A stretch of DNA of 64,000 nucleotides from Glaucostegus cemiculus. Its lineage: Eukaryota. The notes beneath the pieces were generated by a model. The model worked only from the letters and a program-made list of their open reading frames with translations, was not told the origin of the DNA and did no database searches. Position 1 is the first letter of the stretch; every line of letters starts with the position of its first letter. Both the position numbers and the translations under genes were made by a program. The stretch covers positions 19,406,001 to 19,470,000 of the forward strand of contig CDPCPM010000056.1 of assembly GCA_976551045.1 (NCBI GenBank). Reading direction: 5' to 3'. Below, piece after piece: positions 53,213 to 64,000 of this stretch.

Positions 53213-53355
53213 GGCTACAGGCGGCATTTGATGAAGACTGGCGGACAGGCAAAATCACGAGGGAGAGTTACCGTAATGGTTCGGAAGATGGTATCCTTGC
53301 CTATAAATTACTCATACAAACTGGAAACAAGAAGGAACCCTTCAACTACAACCAG
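53213..53355 (+). CDS. ptch2: ptch2 exon ~16 (143 nt)
   Basis: acccag|GGCTAC...AACCAG|gtgaga; GLQAAFDEDWRTGKITRESYRNGSEDGILAYKLLIQTGNKKEPFNYNQ. Confidence 0.95.
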
Positions 53356-54169
53356 GTGAGATTTTAATCTGTCTGCATGAGCTGAATTTAAGTGGCATAA
53401 GAATTACTTTCTCCAGTAGCTGAAATTTGTCAGCAGGAGACCCATTCAGATTTCAAGAGAAGCAAAGGACTGCAGATGCTGGAATCTAAATGAAAAACAC
53501 GATGATGCTGGAGAAACTCGGCAGGCCAGGCAGCATCCTGGCCTGAAACAGGAAATATCACACTGGGATTGAAGTTGGTAAGGGCATACACCCAGAGCAA
53601 AGTGGAGGGAGCATTTATTCCAGATCTATCTGATTCAGTACCTGATGTGAATACAATATTGGTGAGGATCATCCAGTCACTGTGAGCTCCTAAAACTTGT
53701 TGGAAACCCTCTTGGAGAGATTTATTTTCAGACTTTCACCCCTCAAATTGTCTTTGTTTTGTTTTCTTCCTGACCCAGGAGATTATCTGGCTCCTGTTGG
53801 GGCTGATGACAATCAGTGTCATCATGACTGAAATGAAGTCTTGTCCTGCTCATCGTGATTACGTGTTTATATGCTGCAAACATGAAGAACATGTTCTGCT
53901 GCTCTCATGCATTTTTTATTCCCCCCATCCAGTACAGATTCTACCACAACATGACGTGAAACTACTCCCACACCACTTAAAGAGTAAAAGTAAAATAAGA
54001 AATAAAATGTCAAATTGTGCAGAAGATGGCTTCAGTATTTGTGATCCCATATTCACAGTGTTCAATCATTTGAGAATCTCTTGGGCTGATTGGTGCTCGA
54101 GTGTGCTGCTAGACTAGTTTGTAATGTCCCACACAAGTTGCAATGACTGTTTCCCCATCTTTGTTATAG

Positions 54170-54350
54170 TTGTCTTCAAGGCGGTTGGTGGATAAGGACG
54201 GGATCATCAATCCAGATACCTTTTACATCTATCTCACGGTATGGGTCAGCAATGACCCTCTGGGCTATGCTGCATCTCAAGCTAACTTCAACCCTCACCC
54301 ACCTGAATGGATTCACGACAGATATGACACAACTGGAGAGAATTTGAGAA
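54170..54350 (+). CDS. ptch2: ptch2 exon ~17 (181 nt)
   Basis: ttatag|TTGTCT...TGAGAA|gtaagt; [60 protein letters not shown]. Confidence 0.95.
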
Positions 54351-55313
54351 GTAAGTATTAAGAAGGGTATCAGAATCTGTGTATAAGTGAGTAAAGAGCA
54401 TTGCTCCAGAAGGACTTTAGGATATAACCCTGAGATGTATGATAAACTTCTCCCAACATCAGTATGAAAGAAAAATTCATCAATAGAGTGAATACAAACC
54501 CAGTTTGGGAACCATTCCCATTTGGAATTCCAATTTCCCTTGTTGCAGTGGTTATTTTGAAATGAGTAACCTATGGCTTAGTTAACAATAACACCCTTTG
54601 CACATGGAGTCATCATCTGTCCTGCTAAACATGTTTGAATTTATTTTTTAAGTAAATCTGACATTGTCCATAATGTCACCGTGAAGGAAGTGACTCCACT
54701 TACCTCCTAAACATGGACACAATCAGCCATTGCTTCAATACCAAACCACTGGAAATGTAGTGGCAGCAATACAATGGCGTAACAATACCCTGGCATGATA
54801 AGGTACTTGTACTTCCTTTGAGTGAAACCTATCCAGGGAATGATTAAGCCACTGAACTGGTGCTGAGGGAGAATAAACTCCCTCAGATTATTCTCATGCC
54901 CCAGGTATACCGAGATAAAACTGGGGCTGACAGCACCAGGTGGTGGAACAGGGTGGCACGAAGGGACCCAAGGGATCTTGAGTGCAGCTGGAGTCTGGCA
55001 GTTTCAACAGGATTTTGCTGACTGTTTCAGCTCTCATCTTGTCACATCAGTTTTGCCCTCTGGCTGGGTTTCTCCACTGCTGCAGTGCAGCTAAACTTCT
55101 TTGCCTAATTAGCATCCAGCACCTGTTGTAAGCAATCACAGTTAGCATCTAACAGTCTCGTGACCCATTGTGGAGGTCACCTGGGCGTCCACTGACCATG
55201 CCAAATGGTCATGTCATGTCTACAGCTCTCAGATGTTCCATATGGCAGGCATACCAAATCTAAGCTCTGACAGCAAATCCATTTTACAGCACTCTCACCC
55301 CACCTATACTTTC

Positions 55314-56580
55314 AAACAAACTATGCTTTCAGTATGAAATAAAACTGAGTCCATTTCACTGGTACCATATAACTTAAAAGTGGAAGCAACGTGAATGAGT
55401 TATGGTCTGTGAGAGATTCTGTGTGGAACTCACCACTTCCAGCGAGATGATCTTTCCAATGAATGCAATCAACCACCATGCCGTTTCATAAAAGGTAAGT
55501 GTGGACCTTTCTGTGACTCTCTGAAATAGTGCTGCATGGATTCTTGGTGATGTTGCTTCCACCTTTACAGCAATGAAATATAATTAACATTGAGTATGCA
55601 ATTAAACTATAATGAAGAGCAAGAAGGAAAAACCTTCTCCATTGGGCTATGTTGTACAGTTTCACGGATGTCACCAGTGATCCTGTTTAAATTTTCACCT
55701 CATTTAACAGTTCTTCTCTTTGCCTTTTTACCCAGTTCCCGCTGCTGAGATGATTGAGTTTGCCCAGTTCCCTTTCTACCTGACTGGCCTGCAGCAGACC
55801 TCAGATTTCATCGAAGCCATCGAGAGCATCAGAGCAATCTGCGAGGAGTTCTCCAAGAAGGGAGTGCTCAGCTATCCCAATGGTTACCCTTTCTTGTTCT
55901 GGGAACAGTACATCGGTCTGCGTCACTGGTTTCTACTCACCATCAGCATTGTGTTGGCCTGCACGTTCTTGGTCTGTGCTCTTCTGCTGCTCAACCCTTG
56001 GACTGCTAGCATTATTGTAAGTGTCTCTCACAAATAACAATTGTGAAGGTCAGGCACAAGGGTTGCACGTTCCTGATAAATTATTTCTTTCAAGTTTACT
56101 TACTTTATATCCAAATTCTGATGTTCTCAAGCATTCACGACAAAAAAGGAACTTTTTCCATTGTTGGATCTGGGTCGAGGACTTGTACTTTTTGGTTTTG
56201 TTTTGTTTCATATTTGCTCGTGTCTTTTCTTGTTCTCTTCCCCACATCAAGTGTTAGCCCAGTAGGGAAGTTGTGCAAACAACTATCTCCTAGTCCTCTT
56301 CATGTGTTTCAGTATTATCTACCACTGGGATTGGTTGTTGAGTACTTTTGCCTTGAAATGTCTGAGTCATAAAAAAAACTCAAAAACCTAAAAGGGAAGC
56401 TGTGTAAAATTAAAAGGTACAAAATAGTGAGCAAAACAAACTCTGCTTTCAATATGAAATAAAACTGAGTCCATTTCACTGGTACCATATAACTTAAAAG
56501 TGGAAGCAGCATGAATGAGTTATGGTCTGTGGGAGATTCTGTGTGGAACTCACCACTTCCAGCAAGATGATCTTTCCAAT
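55314..56580 (+). repeat. 147-bp direct repeat pair (55314-55460 and 56434-56580) flanking exon 18
   Basis: ungapped manual alignment, offset 1120, 6 mismatches. Confidence 0.95.
55736..56016 (+). CDS. ptch2: ptch2 exon ~18 (281 nt)
   Basis: acccag|TTCCCG...ATTATT|gtaagt; [19 protein letters not shown]...[22 protein letters not shown]...[10 protein letters not shown]. Confidence 0.95.
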
Positions 56581-56856
56581 CCATTGGTGAATTACACAGT
56601 GGGGATTCTTCAGGTTTAAAGCTAAAACCAAGATGTGGAACTCTATTTAAACAGACTTTATTATGTTGAGTGCTCTTTTGCAAACACAAATATATTTGCA
56701 ATATCGACCCTGTGATTTGTGGATTATCCAGTTGTGACTAATATCCTCCCTTCGTCACTTTTAAGTAATCATTTCATGGTGCTAAAAGTATTTGAAATGG
56801 AAAGATCAACTAGCTTCAACAGAGACATTGACCCATATATGCACACCCACACAGAT

Positions 56857-56920
56857 TCTCTCTCTCTCTCTCTCTCTCTCTTTCACATACTCTCACACAT
56901 GCACACATACACACGCACAC
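56857..56920. repeat. (TC)n followed by imperfect (CA)n
   Basis: direct reading. Confidence 0.85.
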
Positions 56921-57559
56921 AGAATAATCACAATGGCTCAACATTTCATCTACCCAGAAGCCAATATTTGAACATCTCAAGCTGCCAGACAAAAAGTTCT
57001 ATAAGTTATTCACAGAGTACATCGTTCAGTTTCTTTATTACAAAATCAACCTATGCATTAAAAAGGAGTAGAAGTAGACAACATGAACTCTGGAGAAATA
57101 CAGCATGATACTTTAATTTTCATAACCTTTCTAGTCTCTAAAGAATCACTGACAGTTGCCAATAAATTAAATTGTAGGGGATATTGTTTGAGGCTTATGG
57201 AGTACAGTGGGAAGTAATCTTTTAAGAAAACAGTGATAAAATAATCAGTGCTCAAGGGACCCTCACATCCCCGTCTGTTGAATTTGGGGTAAAAGTAGTC
57301 CTTGGCTTGACCTTCATGTGATAAATCAATCCATCAGCAGCTGACAGACTATGGCAGCAGAGGTGGGAGGCCTATTGGCTGGGAGGGGGTCACCACAAGG
57401 CCTTTTTCCAAGGCCCAGTGAATAATACCATGAAAAGTAAACCTAGCTTTAGGAGGGAATTGCCAAAAACAATGATTCTTTTGGAAAAGGAAGCTACAGA
57501 CATAGTTTACACTGAGAAATGTAGAATGCATAACATTTTGCAAAGCCAAATGTGTCAAC

Positions 57560-57885
57560 TGTGTGGTAGCACTGAGTCAGAAGGAAGCAGACGTCCCCTG
57601 CCAGAGATCTGAGTTTGAAGTCCAACCTGCTTCAATGCAGTGCTGACATTAACTGATGCCCCATCTGGTCCCTTGGGTGGATATTTTGAAGAGGAAAAGT
57701 TCTTTCCACTGTCCTATCTCTCAAAAAAAAATTTAAGGCCACAGATAATCTGGACAGTGCAGTCTGTATGACCATGCTTCAAATTGGCAGCTGCATTCCC
57801 ACTTTATAAAAGGAACCACACTTCAAAAGTGTTTCACGTGTTACCTGAGATTGTGAAAGGTACTATATAAATTAGGTTCTTTATT
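57560..57885 (+). mobile_element. old DeuSINE-like (SacSINE1-type) element, heavily diverged
   Basis: head ggtagcactgagtcagaagg; body aaattggcagctgcattccc...cacttcaaaag; tail gtgaaaggtactatataaat. Recognised from memory. Confidence 0.55.
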
Positions 57886-60327
57886 TAATAAGTAACAGTG
57901 ACCATCCTTAGAGCACATAATCTCTTCAACAAAGAAAACTTGAAAGGTGTTTCATAGAGGTGTAATCAAGCATAACCAAGGCAATTACTTGATCTTGGAT
58001 TAAATATTTTGCCAGTGAAAAGTGATTGCTATTTCTCTTAAATCTTTTGGTCATCATTTGGTTCGTCTGTACATTGGTCTAGTATCATGATGTTGTGAAA
58101 TAAAGACTCACGGGGAATTGACAGTAATTAAGAAAGGGCATTAGAAAATCTAGAAACAAAAAACAGATGTGAAATTATATAGCCCTGTCCCTTTTTGATA
58201 CAGCAGCTTCATTATTCACCCTCTCACCATGTTTGTAAATCCTCTACTCTCCAGTAATGTACTCAGTTATACTGTAACTTATTTGAAGTGTTTTGATGGC
58301 CTTCTGTGATGACATTCCACAATCCATTATATTGCTGCACATTGGCTCACCTTTAACATTACTTGGGAAATATAAACAGATGAGTAAATGAACCACATGG
58401 TGTGTTACAGATCCCTAGTCACACCACGCAAGTTCTATTTTAATTGTTCTACGTACACATTAAAATAATGTACACCACCTTTCATACATTTTCCAGAACA
58501 TCTAAATATGCTTTACCACTACTGAAGCAATTTATTTATGTGTAGTTTCTTTTGTAACATAGTAAATGAAAACCTAGTATAGAAACTACAAGAGAAACTA
58601 TTATTAAAGTGACATGATTACTACTATATTTAATAAAGGGATAAGAATAAGTAGCTGGAATTGTGTTACAAGAACATTAATGAATTGAGGGATTTTGGAT
58701 GCTCACAAAATGCTCAAGTTTCATTGTATTAATTTGTGATACCATTTCAACACCCCTGGCCCTCCAGTTCAGTTCTAGTCCTGTTACCAACACGCATGGA
58801 GCTGCCAGACCACCCCCCCCCCCGCACCATTTCCTCCATGTGTTGATGGGCTTCAACATATGTGGAATTCTAAAGCGTCTATTTGTTCAGTTGGTCACTG
58901 GCAGTCAACATGTTCTAGCATCAGGACTGAAGGATGTGCTGCCCTTCACTCTTCATCCTTCCCATGAGGAGCAAAGAACAGCCTGTAGTTTGCCGCAGCT
59001 GAAATTGATGTATACCTTTGGGAAAGGGAGACCAGTATATCTTGCTTTTGATATTTTTCCTCCTATTTTCTTACACAATACATCTTGGACCAATAGACTA
59101 TAGTAGTACTTGCCTTTAAAAATATGTTAAATAACCCATAAATTCTGAATTTCAATGTATGTTACAATAGTGGCAATATCTTTTATAACAGTAACATGCT
59201 GAAAATTCGTCCTTTTCATTTAGGAAGGAATTTAAAGTTATCAGTGATTCCTTCCGCACTAGTCAAACAACAGGGTATGCGTGACAAAACCTGCCTCATG
59301 CTGACATCAAAGCAAGAATCTTATCATTACCTAGGCACAGGAAAGCCAAAAAAAGAAAGAGAGTACCAGTTTTCTTACAGGCATACACAATCTCAACTGT
59401 TCACTGTAGTCCATGCAGCCAAATGTGTAATGCTGCAACTAGTGAGGAAAGAGTTAGGAGAACTGTTTCTGGAGGAGAAAAAAAGGAAATAAAAAGCTTC
59501 ACTTGTCCTCAGTTTAAAGATGGTAGACTTTCCTCGTAAACACTGAATCACAGGAGGCCCCTGTAACTCGATGCCTAACAGATGATGGTGGCAGCAAGGT
59601 TCAGAGAGAATGCTTGCTCGCTGCTATCCTCATCTTCTCCAGGTCTAGGCTGGAGGGGCTGAAAGAATTTACATTTAAATAGCTCACAGTGGAAGATAAA
59701 AGCAGACTATAAACAAATCCCTTGCTCCAGCATCTTCTTACAAAAGGGCAACACCTTTCTCCTCCTACCTTTTGATGTTAACCTTTAAAGTAATCCTTAA
59801 GCTTACAAGAAACATTTTTGATCTTGCCAACAAGTGGGTCCCTTCGTTGGTTCAGACATTCAAAGAGTCCTTATGTACTTTAGATGTTAATACCATTATT
59901 ATTTTTTCCACCCCTCCCACCCACCCACCCAGCTACTTTTTCTCTATGAACTGTTCCACTGGGTGATGTCATCAATTGAAAAGATAATTCAGGGAAGCTG
60001 CTACGGTTCATCCATGACATCATCTGAGCAACAACCAATTAAGAAGCATGGGGAGCAATGGGTTTCCATCAGTTTATTCCGTCACACACATAATTATGTA
60101 AGAAAGTAAGACAATTAAACTATTGTGGTAAAAGCCCATCTGTTCTATAATCTCCTTTTGGAGGAGAAGATTTTCCAACCTTACCCAGTCTGGCCTCCAG
60201 CCATGTAATTGACTCTTAACTTACGCCAGAAACAATTAAGGATGACCAATGGATGCTGACATTGTCACTGCATGAATTAGTAAAACTTGTACAATACAGC
60301 TTGGGTTCCTTGGGGAATGTACAACAC

Positions 60328-60538
60328 CTTGTACGTTCTCCCCGTGTCTGTGTGGGTTTTCTCTGGGTGCTCCAGTTTCCTCCCACATTCAAAAGATGTA
60401 TAGGTTAGGAAGTTGTGGGCATGCTATGTTGGCGCCAGAAGCGTTGCGACATTTGTGGCTGCCCCCCCCCAAAAAAATCACTACGCAAAAGCTGTATTTC
60501 AGTGTGTTTCGATGTACATGTGACTAATAAAGATCTTA
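60328..60538 (+). mobile_element. 5'-truncated V-SINE-type element
   Basis: ttgtacgttctccccgtgtctg...gtgactaataaagatcttat. Confidence 0.85.
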
Positions 60539-61076
60539 TGAGCCGTGCTTGTGGCCCTATTCCATTTGGCAGCCAATTTCCCTTATGGCTTCAAAGACTA
60601 CATTGTCATGGTGGAGGTTGGGCAGGGGTTATAGGTGGTGCAAACTCCAAACTTTAGCAAATTCAATACCAGCTGGCCAAGGACGAGATATTTTCCTGAT
60701 CTGAAATGATATTTTTTGAACAACCAGATTTTCGGTATCTTTACCTCTAGATTCAGTATTGCCTTACAGTATGTTGCCATTTGTATCTTGTGACATTTGT
60801 TTCCCTGATATGTTCCCCAACTAACAAAGTTGTGAATTTGTTTTCTTGTATCTACTCTAGCACAAACTATTAATACTTCTTTTTTAATTGTACTTTGTAT
60901 TTTGTTGTGGAAATTATGATCAAATGTATTAAATTATCAATATCATTTCACTCACCAACCCTCTCTGTATATGGTGAAATGGCTAGTAAGGTACTTCATC
61001 CTGGTGATATTACTGATGCAAGGGGACTTCTAGCAAGTGTAAGTCTGACACCTTCATCTCTCTTGTTTATCTGCAG

Positions 61077-61214
61077 GTATTTATTCTGGCTATGATGACG
61101 GTTGAGCTGTTTGGAATCATGGGACTAATGGGAATCAAGCTGAGTGCAATCCCTGTAGTGATCCTGATTGCTTCCGTTGGAATTGGAGTGGAATTCACTG
61201 TTCATGTAGCTCTG
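61077..61214 (+). CDS. ptch2: ptch2 exon ~19 (138 nt), TM10 GxxxE motif
   Basis: ctgcag|GTATTT...GCTCTG|gtaagt; VFILAMMTVELFGIMGLMGIKLSAIPVVILIASVGIGVEFTVHVAL. Confidence 0.96.
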
Positions 61215-61439
61215 GTAAGTAGATCACTGCAGTTTTGTGTTTGCCTGCCAACAAGAACATCTGCAGCCAGTCTGCATAGAAAATCATTAAAAAAAAGCAA
61301 TACAGGAGGAACTGTTCAGCCCCTCATATCTGCGCTATTAGAAAAAGAATTTCCAATCTTAATCCCACTTTCCAGGTTTCGGTTCTTCAACTTCACATTG
61401 GGGATACTCGATGAGGTTTCTGCCTCAACATCCTTCCAG

Positions 61440-61887
61440 GTAGTGGGTCAGACCAAAAACATAATGGCCTCCCATCACCTCTTTACAATTCTGCCATCTG
61501 GGAGGAGGATCAAATGTATCAGGGCAAGAACGACCAGGCTGAGAAATAGCTTCTTTCCGCAAGCCATCGGAACTGCGAACTCTCTCATCCCTCCATCTTC
61601 CTTGTTAACACTAAGAGATGCTAGGTGCACAGAAATGTACCAGCACTTTAAATGCCCGCCACCAGCCCGTTCACTTTAATAACTATTTACTTATTTACCG
61701 GCTGTTTCTAATTTAACCTGCGTATTTAATTTAATTTAAACTTCCGTAGTTTTTAATGTTTTTTTTGTTCAGTGTGTCTCTGTTGTCTGTTATTTAATGG
61801 GACGAGCCCCTGAGGAGGACGGTATCTCGCTCCTATGCATACTATGAATGTATATGGTTGTGACAATAAAACTGATTCTGATTCTGA
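61440..61887 (+). mobile_element. Rex1/Babar-like non-LTR retrotransposon 3' end
   Basis: HHLFTILPSGRRIKCIRARTTRLRNSFFPQAI, a typical C-terminal motif; tail aataaactgattctgattctga. Confidence 0.8.
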
Positions 61888-62570
61888 GACCATAGCACCA
61901 TTCAGGTCAAAGACACTATCCTCCCCTTTCCTTTAATTCTTCTACCAACTGCTTCATATCAATGTCACACTCAGGTCTTTTCTCACAGTCAGATCTTGGA
62001 GATGAACCCACGTCTCTCTTGCCTAATACTCAGGCCACTTGTGTGCTTCACCTTTTCATTAACAGCCAGGGCTTTTGCTGCCAAGTCTCAAGATCACAGT
62101 CCCCTCCCTAAACCTCTTAGCCTTCTTTTATCTTTTTCTCCTCCTTCAGGCCATACTTCAAACCAATCTCATTGACAAGTTTTTAATCACGTCTTCTGAT
62201 AAATTTGTGTTTAGTTCAGAGTTGATTTTCATTGCCTTTTATCGGAACTGGTTCTTACACTTGTCTGAAGAGCCTTAGAACATTTCTTTCACTTACTAGA
62301 CTCCAAATAAATGTGAAATGGCATGTAAATTTAAAACTGAATAATTTAACCATGACAGAAACAAAATATTGATGGCCATTGGAAATATAACGAGTGAAAA
62401 TAAATGACTTCTTTTTACTCCAAGAGAGAACAAAACATCTAACGTAATTTAGCAGATTTATTAGCGTTAATGGTAAATCCTGTTAATTGTATTTTTAAAC
62501 TTTAAAGTTGATTTTTCATGCCTGCACATTTTGGTCAGTGATATAAATATGCAATGTTTATGCTCATCAG

Positions 62571-62713
62571 GGTTTCCTGACTGCCATTGGAAACAGGAAT
62601 GTGCGTTCTGCTGCGGCTCTGGAACATATGTTTACACCAGTAATTGACGGGGCAATCTCTACGTTACTTGGAGTTCTGATGTTGGCTGGTTCTGAGTTTG
62701 ACTTCATCATTAG
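62571..62713 (+). CDS. ptch2: ptch2 exon ~20 (143 nt)
   Basis: catcag|GGTTTC...CATTAG|gtaggt; [47 protein letters not shown]. Confidence 0.95.
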
Positions 62714-64000
62714 GTAGGTTTTAAATGGCATCCCTGTAGGGACAAACTTTTCTGCAAGAATTTGCTTTAACATTATTCAGCACAAAAAAAAATTAAGAAG
62801 ACTCTTCTTCAGTTTTTCAAGGTTGTTTTCCCTTGCACCTTATGTTGTTTAACTACAATGCGCCAACCGACAGAGTAAGATAAAAGGGGCAACAGCAGCC
62901 TAACCCAGCTGGCTCTGTACACTCCTCCTTGCACATGGGATTCTGCCTCTTATACTGTTACAGCTTGTGTGCATCAATATTGGCAGTGTTTTCACTGAAT
63001 GCGAGAATGTCGCTTGAGTGGCAATTGTTCAGGAGGTTGGATAATTACTCCAGGCTTGTGATGTGAGAGCAGGAATCTTCTGGGGGGTGGGGGGGGATAG
63101 GGGGGAAGTAGAAAAAACACTTTACATGCATTAACTTTCTCTCCCCTCATGTAAAACAAAATGCCATTTTCCAGAATGAGACTTGGCTTCGTCAGTCATA
63201 TCCTCTGGCCCCCTAATGGTATATCTGAAAATAGGGGCTCTCCATCTGGGAATTTAGAGAATTAATCAGCAAAAGTTGAAAATCTAGTGTTGAAAATGAA
63301 TGATCATCCTTCTTCTCATTTTGCCTCAGTTTCCAACAAGGGGATAAAGAGAGAAACGAGGATCATTTCCTGTAAAGCATTTCGATAATGAAGGAAGGTG
63401 ACCAACATTGGAAGGGATGGGAAGGAGCCTGTTGCATCTTGCCCTTCACCCCTCTGCTTAGCATTGGTTTCACTCTATTTACCCTATCTAAACCAATCAT
63501 GATTTAGTATGCCTCCATTAGATCTTGTCTCCACCAAATCTTCAAACTTTCTTTGAACCAAGGAAATGTATTAAATTGTGGTACTCCATCAGTTTGAGCT
63601 GCTGTAACAGTTTAAGGACAAAGGTTGTTTCAGAGATTGCATCATTCCTTTAAATAAAAAGCTGTCTCTTCTTCTTTGTTTAGCTATGATCTCCAAAGCC
63701 ACAAACATTTCCCAGTTGTCTCTCAGTGACCTACTACTAAATCTACATAAAATCATTGCTTTTTTCTATTTGATTTTGGAGTAGGTCACCTGGAGGCAAT
63801 TTCATCTGGGGAACATTTGTGGTTTTGGAGATGGTAACCAAACAAAGAAAGAGAGATGGTTTCTTATTTAAAGGAATGATATGATCACTGAAACCACCTT
63901 TATCCTTGGACTGTTACTGTCCCCTCAAGCTAATGTAGCACCGCAGGCTAATAATACAACTCTTCAATTGGTTAAACGTTTGGATACAACAAATTGATGA

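Noticed and set aside
61092-61679. 195-aa ORF that appears to fuse Patched with a retrotransposon peptide
   Set aside because: Chance in-frame read-through past a strong donor (CTG|GTAAGT at 61214) into a Rex/Babar remnant; it would need intron retention, for which there is no evidence.

Overview
This is vertebrate genomic DNA, not prokaryotic. The repeat content (V-SINE-type tRNA SINEs, DeuSINE-like relics, CR1 LINEs, Penelope-like fragments) suggests a cartilaginous fish, probably a batoid; that assignment is an inference. The whole window lies inside one + strand gene, the Hedgehog receptor patched 2 (ptch2). I traced 18 consecutive coding exons (about exons 3-20, 16971-62713, 3055 nt, about 1018 codons) with GT-AG boundaries and consistent phases. 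Exons 1-2 and 21 onward are not in the window. Most ORFs in the supplied track are intronic noise or transposon fragments. I found no convincing new gene system. The points most worth checking are: three perfect intronic GLI sites; a 147-bp direct repeat bracketing exon 18; fold-back elements derived from Penelope-like termini, with hammerhead-like relics and one perfect 29-bp stem; PBX/MEIS/HOX motif clusters; a NAGNAG acceptor; and several substitutions at usually conserved Patched residues. Comparisons to other Patched proteins and repeat families are from memory, not from a database search.
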